A stretch of DNA of 64,000 bases, from the NCBI GenBank assembly GCA_013239625.1, contig MU053881.1, forward strand, positions 16,794,373 through 16,858,372, read 5' to 3'. The notes under the pieces were generated by a model. The model was given only the letters and a program-made list of their open reading frames with translations. It made no database searches and had not been told where the DNA came from. The position numbers and the translations under genes are program-made. Source of the DNA: Lama guanicoe (Eukaryota). Below, piece after piece: positions 38,690 to 52,746 of this stretch (position 1 is the first letter of the stretch; every line of letters begins with the position of its first letter).

Positions 38690-38695
38690 AATAAA
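38690..38695 (+). terminator. Polyadenylation signal of the C-type lectin gene
   Basis: AATAAA about 100 nt after the stop codon. Confidence 0.6.
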
Positions 38696-41600
38696 GAATG
38701 TTTTGCCAAAGCTCAGGGTCCTTTTCTTGGTACAAGGCTTGCTCACCCTTTATCTCATCTCCCAATTTCCGCTGAGTGTAAGAAACGGTCCAGGAGTGGT
38801 CTCAGGCCTATCCCTGTAGGAGAATTATAATTATGACCCTTAATAAAACCAGATTTGGCCATGCTCTTGCTTGGGCCATCAAAATGTGATGGGAATTTCT
38901 TTGTGCCACTGCTAAGAGGGAATCTTAAATAGTCTCTTGGGGTTTTCCCAATTTTGTTTTGCTCTTGCCCCAAGACCAGCATTTCCTAGAGAGAGGTCAC
39001 TCCTTCAGTCTTGGTCCTGCAACGAAGCAGACCCCTTCGGGCAGAGTTTCTGCTGATTCATGATGAACATTGACATGACCAAGAGATGAAGCTTTGGGGC
39101 TGTTAGCCTCTAAGATTTTGAGGTCACTACTTGTTACTGCAGCTTGAGACCCGAAAGTGTTCAATAAATGTTTCATGAATGAATGAGTTCTAAAGGCATG
39201 GGCAGGGGTGGGGGTAGGTGAGCTGAGTCAGTCAACTGTATCCAGACTCCAACAGAACTCTACTGAGTGATAAAATAACACTATCTAGCGTATACTGAAC
39301 ATTTAATAAGTGCCAGTAAGTTCACACACACTGGTGTTAGGCAGATGCTGTTACTATCAGCCTCCCTGTTTTCAGAGACTCAGGGAGATCAGCTCATTTC
39401 ATCAAGGTCACACAACCAGGAAGTTGCTGGGCCAGGATATAAACCCAAGTCTGATGTCAGTGCCCCAGGGTGCAAAGCCATCCAGGTTATTTACATGTCT
39501 CCCCTTGCCTATTAATCTATGTTTAAGAACCTGGAAAGAAGTGGACAATTCACACTGGTAGCTAGGTTCTTTGTTTAAAGAACTAAATAGCAAGCTCTTC
39601 AGTCTTTTAGACTCTTTACTGATATTAAAGGCATGTAGGACACATGCCTCGTACAACCTGCCAGACTCCGTTGGCAGAACAATCCTTGGAAGCACATTCC
39701 ACGTTTCATTGCTGAACAAGCCACAGAATTTTCAGTGACAACTGGGGTTTCATTAAAAGTTGACCCACAATTCCCATCTCCATGATATTTGTGCAAATTA
39801 AAGAATCCTTAAGGATCAGGCATAGAGCTTCAGGCGGACGAGGTCTGATGCACACCTCAGGGCTAAGGTGGAGACAGAGCCACAGGTTCACCAGGCTCTG
39901 GAGAAATGGTCCCCAGATAGCTTTCCTGCTTAGTCTCAAGCTCAAACTTGGGTGTTTGATTAGCACACACATGCAAAAATAGGTGGCCTTTTCTTGGCCC
40001 ATGCACCAGTTTCCCAGAGCCAAATGCTACAGCATGCAACATGGCGCCCTGGACAGCAGAACCATAGCATGAAAAACAGCTGGTGCCAAATGTGGCTGCT
40101 GTGAGTGCTCCAGGCTGCCAGGTACAGACAGAGGTGAGGGTCTCCAGAGACTGAAGAGTGGCTGATGCTTCTACTTCCGTCGTAATGCTCACTGTGCCGT
40201 GTTACGTACATTACTGTCCAACACCTCCCCGTCTCTCCCATTAGACCTGCAGCCCTGGCAGGGTAGGACCACTCTGGACTTGCTCACCATTGTATTCCTA
40301 CAGCCTGGCACCTCGTAATATGTGCTCAATAAATACCTGGTGAGAAAACAAACAAAAGAGTCTCTCATTATAATCCTCTGGCAAGTCTGTGAGCCGCTAA
40401 ATCCTTCTGAAATGTAAGTGGCTATTCTCTAGTTTATCTGAAATACACTTTTCAGGTTTGATGATCATCACCAGAACTCACCCACCCTACATCGTGTTAT
40501 AGATCATATCCCTGTTGTAGGTGAATGTCATCTTGTGGCTGTTGGGAATGTGGAGCCAAGTCCTTTGTCATTGGGCCTCTGTCTGTCATTTTAGGCCATC
40601 TTGAATCACTCTCTCACTCCTCGCTGCCCAAGTACCCAGTTATATTGGTCTTCTTCTGTTCCTTGAATGGGCAATCATCTTCCCACCCCAGGTCCTTTCC
40701 ACATGCTGATCCCCTGCCCGATGCACCCTTTCCTCTCCCTCAACCTCTGGAGTAAATATCTCAGCTGAAAATTCCCCTCAGTCTGCCCTCTTCTCTATGC
40801 CTTAGATTTTTGGGCTCTTAATAACCCTTTGCCTTCCCTTCCTCACACTTACCACATTCTCGTCTAAATTCAGTTATTCATCTTGAAAAATAAAACAAAT
40901 AAGTAAAACCTAATTACCCCCACTCCCAAATTATATTCAGTTATTCATCATCTGCCTTCTCCCCTCCTCCCACTGTAATGTCCATGAGAGCAGGTGTGCA
41001 TGTACAGGTCAGTGTGATCTTCCCAGCGAGGGGCTTAGCAATGGGCTCAGATGTTCCAGACACATCTGTTGAACATATAGTTGCTGGGGCTGGACTTCCT
41101 CTGAGCTGGAGATAAGAATTGTCTCATGCACAGCCTTTAGGTGCCAAGACTGGTCATCTTATCAAACTAGCCAGCCAGTGTGGCCAGCTCGGACTTTTTC
41201 CAGTCATCAGAGACCAGATCCAGCATAAGTTTTCACGTCTTTATTTACCATCAGACAGCTACTTATCTCAGAAAAGAGGAGAGCAGAACGTTGACCAAGG
41301 ATTTGACAAACCCTTCAACTTGACTTAACTGTCCAATTCTTAATGGAAATTTTACCCTATAAATATTTATGGTATCATTAGTTTTTGCTAGAGAAGAAAG
41401 ATTACTGGGGCTCACATTCTGTTTCTAAGAGGTCCTGGACAACGTGGTGAGACTGGTAAGTGCATAAGTCATTCAGCTACTGCAAGATAAATGCAATGGA
41501 GATGTGACAAACTCCTGGGATGGTTACAGCCTCTTTCTCTTCTCTGAAACCAGTCAAGATAAAAAGATCTCCAAAGGAAACCCAACAATTTTATTGCCAT

Positions 41601-43313
41601 AGATGCTAAAGGGTATTTGCCAGTTTCAGGTATTTGGCACTAGGCTTGCCTACCCTTGGGAGAGGTCAGCCTGCACCCGTGAAGGAGGCACAGTGTCCTC
41701 AGTGTGCCCTGAATGCTGTCATGCCGTGGCTGGGGCAGATCTTGGTGGTAGTAGGAAACACTCCAACAACTTTGAAGGTCAAAGTAATAAAAAGTTCCAT
41801 CTGAACAGCAGTTGAACATGATCAGTTAAAATTGTTTCCAAAGATACCGATGAAGTGCTCCTTTGCCCTCAACCAACTCATAGGGCATGAGATTTAGAGC
41901 CAGGAATCGAGAGTGAAGAGACCCATGAAGGGAGATGAGCTGTGTGATTATACCGCCCATCCCTGAGCTGGGGAGACCCCTGCTTTGTTTGCAGGGGGCA
42001 GAGCATCCTGGGGTGGGCTTACTTCTTTAGGGCATCCTGGGATGGGTTCCTTTGGGAGAGAAAGGAAAGCACATTTCGTTCTGAGGTGTCTAGTGAACTT
42101 TTGCTGGCTCTCAGAAATTGATAGACCCCCACCTTGCTTGGCTTCAGAAGGACAGGGGTGCCTGGGAGTTTGCATTTTCGTTGGCAGCAGACCTTACCTA
42201 AAGATGAATGGGTTCAGAAGGGTAAACACTGTAGCTCTCTTGACCCTGATTGAGACAACCCTCAAGTGTGACCTATAGCGCCCCCAGAAACCCCTGGTTC
42301 AGGCCAAGGTTAACTTCTGTGGGGCTTTGCTTAATATCGTCCCTTGCTCATTCTATAAGTTGCTCACCTGACCCCTCACCCAAGGTCCCAGTTCTGAGGA
42401 CCCCAGCCTAAATACACCACCCAGCCCCAAGCACCCCAAGTCTAGGCCACATTTGTGTATTTGTTTGGGGATTTTCGTGGAGATCCCTCCTGTGGTGTAG
42501 GAGACCAGCAATGCTAGAAAGAATGTGCTCAAAGTGACATCTCGTTACTGGGGCTTTGTCCTTGTGGTCGATCATCAAACTACCTATTTCCTCAAAGGAA
42601 GAAATGCATTCCAAGACCTGAAGTCCTTGGAAGTCTGCTTTGCTGCCTGTTTTTCTGTTAATTCTTGATCATGGTGCCTTATTTCCTTATGTGCTTTGCC
42701 TATTTTTCCTCTCTGAGTTACATATTCTGATTGAGATTTGACTCACAGAACCTCTTTGAGATCTGATCTGAAAATGAGTTTCTTCAGAAAGAGTTTGTTT
42801 TTCCTTCAGCCAGGCTCTCAGAGTCTGGCATTACCTAAATACTTGGCTTAAGGTTTTTCAACTACCAGGAAATTGTTCGTTTCAGTCTGGAAACCCACGT
42901 TTGGTTTTGTTTTCTGTTCTCTGTACCCTACAGACCTTGGAAACCAGAACTTAGTTTCATTTACATCAGCACATGCCCTGTAGATAAAAGCTGGTTGGCA
43001 GTTCTCTGCTTATCTCTCTAGGATCCTTCCTCCACCCGGAATCTAGCTGGAGAACACTTCCTTCCAAACTCACTAATTTTTCTAAGAACGTGGTTTTTGT
43101 ATTTTTCTATTCTTTTTAGCTGTTCTTGGGGAGAAGAATAACCTGGGTATCAGGGTCACCCACCATAGCTAGGAAAAGAAGTCATAGTTGAGTTTTTCAC
43201 ATAAATTCTGCTGCTCTCTGAGGTCAGCTGCGCTCAGGTGCTGGACTACACGGTAAGGTCAGAGAATCACAGAGGCCATTTAAAGAGAGTGGTGCTAGGT
43301 CAGGAGGAAAGGC

Positions 43314-46300
43314 TGTAACACCAAGAATGTTGCTCACCACCTGGTTCTACAAGGTTTAAGTCCTTAGCCATTGCAACTGCCGTTAGTACACTCTAAAAGG
43401 ACTTATAATGAATCCAGATTCTTGCATCTTCCCGTACACAGAAAAAAACACTAAAATCATTCACTGAGATTTCTGTTCCTTGTGACCAGCAGGAATCTTT
43501 TACCAAGATGTATGGCTGACTGCACATATTCCTCGGCCAGATTCACACATATACTGGCTTCTCCCCCTGCCTCTTCAGAGCAGTGCCTCAGAGCTACTGT
43601 AAGGCTACCTCCTGGGCTCGAGTTCAGTAAGAACTTGAATAAATCTAAACTCACAGCTCTCATGTTGTGCGTTTTTCTTTCAGTCGACGGTTTTGGAGCC
43701 CGTGAAGATACCCAGATCAGACTTCTCTCCTTGGCCTGAGCCTTGATACCAGCAGGGGCCCCTCGTGTCTGTCCACCTCTGTGTTGAGTCCAGGCAACTG
43801 GTGGGTCCCTTTGGGGTCTTGGATCTCCTGTTTGGGTTGATGATGCAGAGATTTATTTGGTGGTTGTAAACTCCTCCCCGCAAGGAATAGTTTTCCTTGA
43901 ACTTACATTCAAGAAGAGATACCTGGATTCCTCAGTTGAAAGACACTGGGAAGGCTGCTCAGTTGAAAGACACTGAGAAGGCTTGGACTGGGTGGACTGA
44001 GTGATGAGGTAAGGGTCTGACCTGGCTTCTTTCCTTCAATTGGCTACTTTAACAGTTTGTCCGAATAAAAGTGAAGATACCACATGAGAGCTGTCAGATC
44101 TGAAGGTAAGGGACACAGCTCCCCCTGGCTTGTTTCAGCTTTCTCAAGCAACTGAGAAATTTACAGGCGTGGTGGAGGTGAGGCCTCATTCCATGCAGTG
44201 GTCTCATATTTAAAATATTGCTTGTCCAGGTAAAGACAGATAAGGGTAGGCCAACCAGTGCTTCAAGGATCCTCATAGTGTTAGACTGCCGAGGTAGAAG
44301 CCGAGACACATAAAAGTTCTGAAACCACTCTAGGGTGACACTTAGAGGAGTTAAGCTCATGAATCGCACACCAGCCCACCACGGAGTTTTCAACAGTAAT
44401 CTTATTTCTACAAACCAATTTTAAAATGGGCAGCAAAGCCTCCTGAACAGAAGAGGAAGGAGCATCAGAGAGCCAGCTTCCGGGCGACTCCCCAGCTGGG
44501 CTCGTGCAGGGATGGGGCTTATGCTTGCAAGTACTTACTCAGAGACGACTAGAGATCTCATCCTGAAATGGCCAACGTGGGGTTCTTTTAACATTCCAAA
44601 ATCGGGCTCTTGCTTTTGAAGTTAAAGACAGCCAGCTTGATAAAACATCTTTCCAAAATTTTGACTCTAACAGAACAGATGTCCTTCTACAAGGAGCTGG
44701 CATTTCTCTCCCTGTGTCTTTATGATGTAAATGTCTTACCAAGACTCTCAGGAAATGCTTTTCTAGACCATTTCCAATTCTGGAGAGGGGAAGAAAGGAA
44801 AAAGAGGTCTTTTTAAACTGAAGTGTGTAAACTTAACTTATTCCAATGGTTATTTATTAAAAAAATAATTTTTTTGGTAATACCTGATTCATGACTAAGT
44901 TTTAAAATGAAAAGTACGAGGTCTCTGTGTCTATGTGGATATATGTATGTCTAGATAAGATATATTGTGAAGGAAAAGCCGGGCTGGGCTAACAAGATAA
45001 CTCACAAATCTAAGTATCGGAATACTGATCTGAGTTCTGCTGGACTAACTCGTAAATCTAACTTAATTAGTGTTGTGTTTGCTGTTCATGTTTTTTTTTG
45101 CTAGTCAGCTGGATTTTCAAAGAGATGTATCTGGCTTTGGAATGTTGGTTTGCTGCCTCCCTGCCTCCACTTTTGTGATAATGATGCTGCTAAAGCTGTT
45201 CCATGCCTATTGGCCGAATACCCCAAGCTTGTACTTTACCCTATAAAACCTCACGCGCACGTCTTGGAGGTGCTCAGAGCTTCAGAGCAGAAGCCCCTCT
45301 GGGCCCGCCGGCATAATACATCTGAGTATTCCAACCCTCCGAGTGGTGCTTGTTTCTTGGCTGGCCTGTCATTTCCGTAACAATATTTCTACCTCAGGAT
45401 GATATTGCCAAAATTATTTTGTCAATGAGCTCTATTTAATTGGCTTAAAGGAAATTAAGCAGTTATATAAATTCTCAGAAATATAATAGGAACTAACCCA
45501 AATAACTTTCAGGTTCATGTGCTCTGGAAAATATTTATATTAAATTAATATTCTGCATTAAAGTTAGTTTAAGTTTGTTGGTTTAACTGAGACAGTCATG
45601 CTTTTTTTTTTTTTGACAGTCATGCTTTTAGAGACATCAAGTATAATTCTTATATTTATCTAGGTTTGCAAAAACTCAAGATCTTATTGTCTCTCTTACA
45701 AAATTTGTCAGTAAAAAAAAAGCTTGCAATAATGGCTGACTTGGTCTAATGTCTCATGAAATTTAAACATAATTGTTGGGAGCCAGTGAATTATGGCTAA
45801 ATGCAGTAAAAACTTTTAGGTGAACTGTTTAAGAACAAATATGTTTAATGGTATGTCTACTTAAAATAATTTCTACAGATTTTTGGTAACTTGAAACTAG
45901 AGATTTGACAAGTTAAATGATGGAAATTTATTGAATATCTAGATCATTCACAAATAAAATAAGATACTGAAACATTAATTACTGAACATAGACTTCCTTT
46001 TAAAGAGAAACTAAAGATATTTATGGCTATTAATGTTTGGTTCCACACTGAGAAATTTTCTATAAAAAGCCCATGTTTAAAAAAATTATAAATAGCATTT
46101 ATAGGCTTGCTAATCTACAGAATGCTAATGTAAAAGTTCATAATAGCTTACTTCTCATTTTTCACTTTAGGTTTTAAAGGTTAAGAATTCTAACATAATT
46201 AAAACTACCGTAGTTAGTAAAAATCTTTGTGTGAAAAAAAAGAAAGTATAAGGAATGGAAATGCATTTTGTTAAGGGAAAATAATTTTTGTAATTTTGTC

Positions 46301-46470
46301 CTAAAGAGGGTTTAAAAGAGAGAGAGAGAGAAATACGCAAAGCATAGGACAAAATCTGAAGGTAAAAAGGAAGCTATAAAAGGTTTATGAAAAAGAAACA
46401 CTGAGAAAAGAGTTTTGTGCATAACCAGGACTGAGCAAAATTAGGAAAAATTTAATTGAGTAAATGAATT
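43314..46470 (+). mobile_element. Degenerate ERV1-like element: 5' LTR (about 43314-43689), leader, gag remnant and AT-rich internal region
   Basis: TGT start, AATAAA at about 43638, LTR end followed by TTTTGG (PBS position). Gag-like MGSKAS* at 44426 and WPTWGSFNIPK at 44569-44601. Boundaries are approximate. Confidence 0.65.
44966..45382 (+). mobile_element. Solo LTR nested in the older ERV
   Basis: TG...CA termini, 4-bp TSD ATAT (44962-44965 and 45383-45386), TATA box CTATAAAA at 45241-45248. Confidence 0.82.
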
Positions 46471-47800
46471 TTTTATTGATGTATAGATGGTTTATAATAT
46501 TATATTAGTTTCAGGTGTACAACATAGTGATTCAGTATTTTTATAGACAGGGAAGTAGGGAGAAGAAAGGTAGGGGTAGCAGATTAAGAGTTACAAACTA
46601 CTACATATAAAATAAATTAGCTTCAAGGATATTGCACAGCACAAGGGATATCGACAATATTTTATACAATCTACAAAAATATTGAATCACTATGTTGTAC
46701 ACCTGAAACTCATACAATGTGCTGCACAATATAGTTTTGTAGCTTACTTACTTGTACTTGTATTTTATACATAGCAGTTTGTAACTCTTAGTCCTTTACA
46801 CCTATAAGGCCCCTCCCATCTTCCCACCCCACACTAGTAACCACTGGATTGTCCTCTATATCTGTGAATCTGTTTCTGTTTTATCACTTCTTCATTTTAT
46901 TTTTTAGATTTCATATATATGTGGTAACATACAGTATTTATCTTTTTCTGCCTAACTTATTTGACTAAGTATAATACCCTCAGCTTCATCAATGTTGCTG
47001 CAAAGGCAAATTTCATGCTTTTTATGGCTGAGTAATATTCCATTATCTATATATACCACATACTTTATCCATTCATCTGTTGATGAATACTTAAGTTACT
47101 TCTATATCTTGGCAACTTTAAATGATGCTGCTATGAACATGGGGGTGCAAGTATCTATTCGAATTAGTGCTTTTGCTTTCTTTGGATATATGCCCAGGAG
47201 TGGAATATCTGGATCATATGGTAATTCTATTTTGTTTTTTTGAGAAACCTCCATACTGTTTTCCATAGTGGCTGCACCAATTTATAGTTCCACCAACAGT
47301 GTACTAGGGTATCCTTTTCTTTACCTCCTCACTAATATTTGTTATTGATAGACTTTTGGAAGATACCCTTTTCACAGGTGTGAGGTGATGTATCACTGTG
47401 GTTTTGATCTGCAATTCTCTGATGATTAGCAATGTTAAGCATTTTTTCATGTGCCTGTTAGCCATCTATATGTCTTCTTTGGAAAAATGTCTATTCAGGT
47501 CATCAGCCACTTTTGAATTGGGTTCTTTGGGGTTTTTTTGATATTGAGTTATATGAGCTGTTTATAAATTTTAGATATTAACCCTATATTAATCATATCA
47601 TTTGCAAATAGCTTCTCCCACAAAGTAGATTTTCTTTTCATGTTGTTAATGGTTTCCTTTGTTGTGCAAAATCTTTCCAGTTCTTTATATCATATTGAAT
47701 TTCTTTCACCAGTGTTTTATAGTTTTCAGGGAACAGGTCTTTTATCTCCTTGGTTAAGTTTATACGTAGATATTTTATTCTTTTTGATGCGACTTTCAAT
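46470..47800 (-). mobile_element. L1 3' region fragments
   Basis: Antisense L1 3' sequence (GCTGAGTAATATTCCATT, CTCCATACTGTTTTCCATAGTGGCTGCACCAATTT). Confidence 0.82.
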
Positions 47801-48088
47801 GGGATTCATGTGGTGCTCACCACCTGCTTGAAGATAGATAACACATTCTTAGGCACAGGTAATGGGATGGAATTCATCTCACTGGATATAAGTAAGAGAC
47901 TATGATGAGTTGGGGAGAGACTATGCAATAGGGGGAAAAGAAACTGGAGAAAAAGAAATATCTAGTATGCATCAAATTCCTTTGGAGTGTAGGTATTTTC
48001 TCAGACCCAAATGATTACAAGAGCTCTATGGAAACAGACATTTTTAAGCCCAAACCATCTGTCACATTTCCACACCACCAACTGGCCA

Positions 48089-49029
48089 TCAGGAGCTTGA
48101 GGGACAGAATGTTCTGCGGAAGCTTCTCTTTATGGCATTCTTCAGCTCCTTATTCCTGAGGCTGAAAATGATCGGGCTAAGAAAGGGGGTGAAAACTGTA
48201 TAGGTGGTGGCCATCAGAGTGTTACTGTCCATCGAATGTGAACCCTTGGGCTTAAGGTAGATCATGGAGGCAAAACCATAGTGAACAATCACTATGGTGA
48301 GGTGGGATACACATGTGGAGAAGGTCTTGTGCCGGCCCTCAGCTGAGGGGATTTTCAAGATGGCAGCCACGATGAAGACATAGGAGAGGAAGATGAGGAA
48401 TAAGCACCCCATCAGGGCTGTGACACAAATCAGGATCACACTCAAGGTGACAGATGACATCCCCTTCCCACAGGCCAACTTCAATAGAGAAAGCACATGG
48501 CAGAAAAAATGGTGGATCTCATTAGACCCACAGAAGGTGAGATGAAAAACTATCAGTGTCACCATCATTCCCATGACTGAGCCACCAGCCCAAGGACACG
48601 AGAACAGTCACGTGTGCTCATGAGCACGTTGTAGTGCAGGGGGTGGCAGATGGCCACGTAGCGGTCATAGCCCATGATCATGAGCAGGAAGGAGTGGGTG
48701 AAGCCGAATGTAAAGGAGAAGAACATCTGGCTGGCACAGGCCACGAAGGAGATGGAGCGGTGGTTGGAGAGCATGTTGACCAGCATGTGAGGGGTGATGG
48801 CAACAGTGAACAGAATCTCAGAGATGGAGAGGGCACACAGGAAGAGGTACATGGAGGTGTGGAGGCTGTGCTCACTCCAGATGGTGACTATGATGAGCAG
48901 GTTGCCCAGGAGTGTGAACAGGTACATCAACAGGTACAGCAGGAAGAAGGCAGGCAGGAGATGCTGAGGGAAGTTGGAGAAGCCGATGAGGATGAATTCA
49001 GACATTGTGCTATAGTTCTGACCAGACAA
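48089..49029 (-). pseudogene. Olfactory receptor OR10H3/OR10H4-like pseudogene
   Basis: Two overlapping ORFs in different frames join into an OR10H-type protein ([50 protein letters not shown]). Frameshift at about 48593-48603; TTG at the expected start codon; LHTSMY instead of LHTPMY. Confidence 0.92.
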
Positions 49030-51856
49030 GGATGCTGCATCTGGTGAGATTAGAAATAGGATGAAGTCACAGTGGTTAAAACATAGGCTCTAACATAGAT
49101 TAAATGGCAATTAAAGACCTCCATACTATATAACTATTTGCTTAACTTGTCTGAGTCTCACAGTCTTCATCAGTAAGATGGAATAAATGATAATACTTCT
49201 TACCATTTAGTAATATGATAAAGATAAAATGAGATCAATATATTAAGCGCTTAAGGCATAGTTTGGCTATTGGGTTTTTTTAATCGAATGAAAATTTCTT
49301 TAAATCCTATAGTGCTTTATAATGGCTATTGAGTTTTAATTAACCATGATGAAAAGAAATAAAAGATCCCAGGTTTGTAATCATTAAGACGGACATAGAC
49401 CATCAGAGTCATATTCTCTTGAAGAGTCTGCCTGTTCTAGAAAACCTGTATTTTGATCTTGAGGTTCTAACCCTTTTTTTTCTCTGAGAAGTTTTGTCCT
49501 TTAATTGAGTAACCCATTCACTTTTGTTTTAATACTGTTTTATTGGTACTCATTTGTGCCATCTTGTCTCATATTTTGTATTTGCTGTTCTAAAGTAACT
49601 GAACAGAAAGTATGAAAATAAAAAGCTGGACAGTTATATGCCAAGCAAATGTGCACCAAAGGAAAGCTGAGGCAGCAATCTTGAAAGTAGGGAAATAATG
49701 GGTTAAAAGAAAAAATAATCATAATATCTCTGTTACCAGATGCCAGTAAAAGGAAACAGGGTCCCTGCAGAAATGGTCTGGGCATGGAAGCAAGGCTAGG
49801 AAATCTCTGCAACAGTGAAATGGAACTTCCACTGAGCAACGTGTTCACGTTAAAGGATGTTGGGACCTGAGTGAGAAGATGTCTATTGGCCATAGGGGAC
49901 CATGTGCAGAGGATGGAGGAACAAGCTAAATGACACTCTGAAGAAGCAATCAGAAAGTCCAGAAGGTGAAATATTCCACAGAACAACTGGTCTGGTCTCA
50001 TCAATAAGCCAGGACCAAGAAAAGGATGAAGAGAAATTCAAGGGACATAACAACCATATGCAATACTGGGTTCTAGATTAGATGCTGATTTAGATATGCT
50101 AATTGTGAAGTATTTTAAAGGAGATAGAGGAGATTTTGATTATAGTATAAATGAATGATATAGTATAAACAATATTAAGGTGTGATTATTAATTTAGCTA
50201 TACATTTTATATTTGATCTTGTTATTTCAGCTGTGAAGGTAAATATCAGTAGTTTAAAAGCATGTTGACATTTAAAAGTTGCACACATATGCACACATGA
50301 AGAAACAAAGAGGAATATTTCATGAAGGTTAAAAGAAAGTTGTAATGACTTGCATATATATAATTAACCTATATAAAAATAATCACTTGAATGTTAGGAA
50401 TAAATATCCAACACAACTTCAGTGAAATAGTTGTAAAATAGAAGTAGCTAAATCAATACTAGTAGCTAAATCAATATTGAAGTTGAGAATTTTAACAGAG
50501 TTCAAAAATCCAATTTGGGAATTATTAATTATAACACATTAATAATATTCAGACATTAGCTCCTGGCTATATTTAGACTCTTTACCAAACAAGATGAAAC
50601 ATATTTTTCAAGCACATAGAAGACTCAAACAAAAACTTACTTTGTTTTAGGACATGAGAAAATCCTCCATCCACTTTGAAGTATAAATAATAAAATAGAT
50701 TATAATGCACTAACATTATAAATCAACAGAGAAGGAATAGTTTTCCAAAGCCATAAGTTAGAAGGATAAATACATTATTAAATACTATTTTATTTCAGTA
50801 GTAAATCATAAAATAAATGAAGAAATATTTATAATTTAATAATTTAAACATCAAAGGTCAAAACTTTAAACTAAAACAGTACTGTATGGGAAATATGCAG
50901 CTTTCAATATATTTATCAAGAAACTTTATCTAGAAAATCATCATTAATACAACCAAAATCAGCTGATGGAAAGGATTAATAAGATAGAAAGAGGAAAAAT
51001 GTCAAGGAGAAAACACAAAATTAAAATTGGGAAATAAAAGTACAGAAATAATAGATTATTTTAATGGATAAAAATAATAAGAAAAATATATTAAGACATT
51101 GAAACACCCCCCACCCCTCAAAAGGAATAAAATCTCAGAAACAGATAAAATACCAAGACTGGTGCAAGAAAAAATAGAGACCCTGGATTTCAAAGAAGTT
51201 CTAAAGAAATTGAAATAGTTAAAGACTTTTCCTTCCTGTAATCATTAGCCCCACTGAGTTTATAAGTGAGTGCTCACAAATCTTTAATGAACAATTGACA
51301 AATATTTTATACATGTTCTTGAAATAAAAGAGAAAAAAAAGAAAAAATTGAAATCTGCCAGGCTCATTTCATCAAGTGAATGCAATCCTGATTCTAAAAC
51401 TGTATAAGAATGTTATAAGAAACAATTATCGGCTCGCTCTACCTATCCAAGTTGATTTTAAAATCCATAAGACACCACCTAATCAATGAAATGGTGTATT
51501 AAAGTTAGTAAATTATGATCAAGTGTTGTTGGTTTATCCCATGAGTGACAAGGTGGTGTAGCACCATGTGATCCATCACATAAATAAACTAAAAAGAAAA
51601 ATTATGTAATTATTTTTTATCAAGGAAGGAATATATTTTCTAAAATTAAACTCCTATCTATGATTTAAAAATTTTCAAATAATTGACCTATAACATCATA
51701 TTAGTTTTAGGTATACAGCATAATGATTTGACATTATGTCTATTTATGATTTTTTAAAAGACTTTTGCAACAGGAAATTGAAAAAGACTTTATTAGCAAG
51801 GTAAAGAATATGTACTATAAAACTAACAAGATTTATTCATTGAGTTCTGCTTAGAG

Positions 51857-51931
51857 CCGGTACCAGGGATTGAACCTAGGACCTCTTGGGTCCTGAGTAT
51901 GTGCCCTACCACTTAAGCTATACCCTGCCCC
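51857..51931 (-). mobile_element. tRNA-Ala-derived SINE, diverged
   Basis: Reverse complement reads GGGGCAGGGTATAGCTTAAGTGGTAG...GGTTCAATCCCTGGTACC. Confidence 0.75.
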
Positions 51932-52746
51932 CTGCAAATAGTATGCTAAGTGGTGAACTTTACATGCATTATTTTAAGATCAGGAACAAGCCAGGGTTAC
52001 TCACTGTCTCTGCTGTTCTTTAACATGGAACTGAAAGTCATGAGTGGTGCTAAAAGGAAAGAAAAAAAGCTATATAATGTTCCAGGCATATGTATACATA
52101 CATATATTCCTTTTCATATTCTTTTTCATTATAGGTTACTACAAGATATTGAATATAGTTCTCTGTGTTATACAGAAGAAACTTGTTGTTTATTTATTTT
52201 ACATATAGTAAATATTTGCAAATCTCAAACTGCCAATTTATCCCTTCCCATCCCCTTTCCAGAAATTGACACATTGTAAACCAACTATGCTTTAATTAAA
52301 AAAACCCAATCTTTTATGTTATTTAAAAAAAAAGAAAGAAGGTATAGAAAGATTGGAAGGGAAGAGACATGATCATCTATCCAAAAAGATATAGGAATCA
52401 AGACGTAATATACTAGAACAGTAAGAGGGCACAGTGCTGCAGAAGGCAGGATCAACTTCCAAAAACCATACTATTTCTCACAGCATTACACCATTAATTA
52501 TCCTCAAACTATAGAATTTAAATAAAAGTAAGACAATAGTGATACAAACTATAAAGAAACAGCTCTCAAGTATTTTGATCTCAGGATCCCTTTACACTAA
52601 AAAATTATTGAGGTTCCTAAAGGTCTTTTGTTTGAGTGGATTGTAATGGTTAATTTTTACCATATTAGATACTAAAACTAAGAATTTTTTTAAAAATTAT
52701 TGAAGTATAGTTGATTTACATTGTTGTCTTAGTTTCAACTGTACAG

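Noticed and set aside
44426..44820. Possible domesticated gag gene
   Set aside because: There is a stop after six codons and only short remnant motifs; no sustained ORF.
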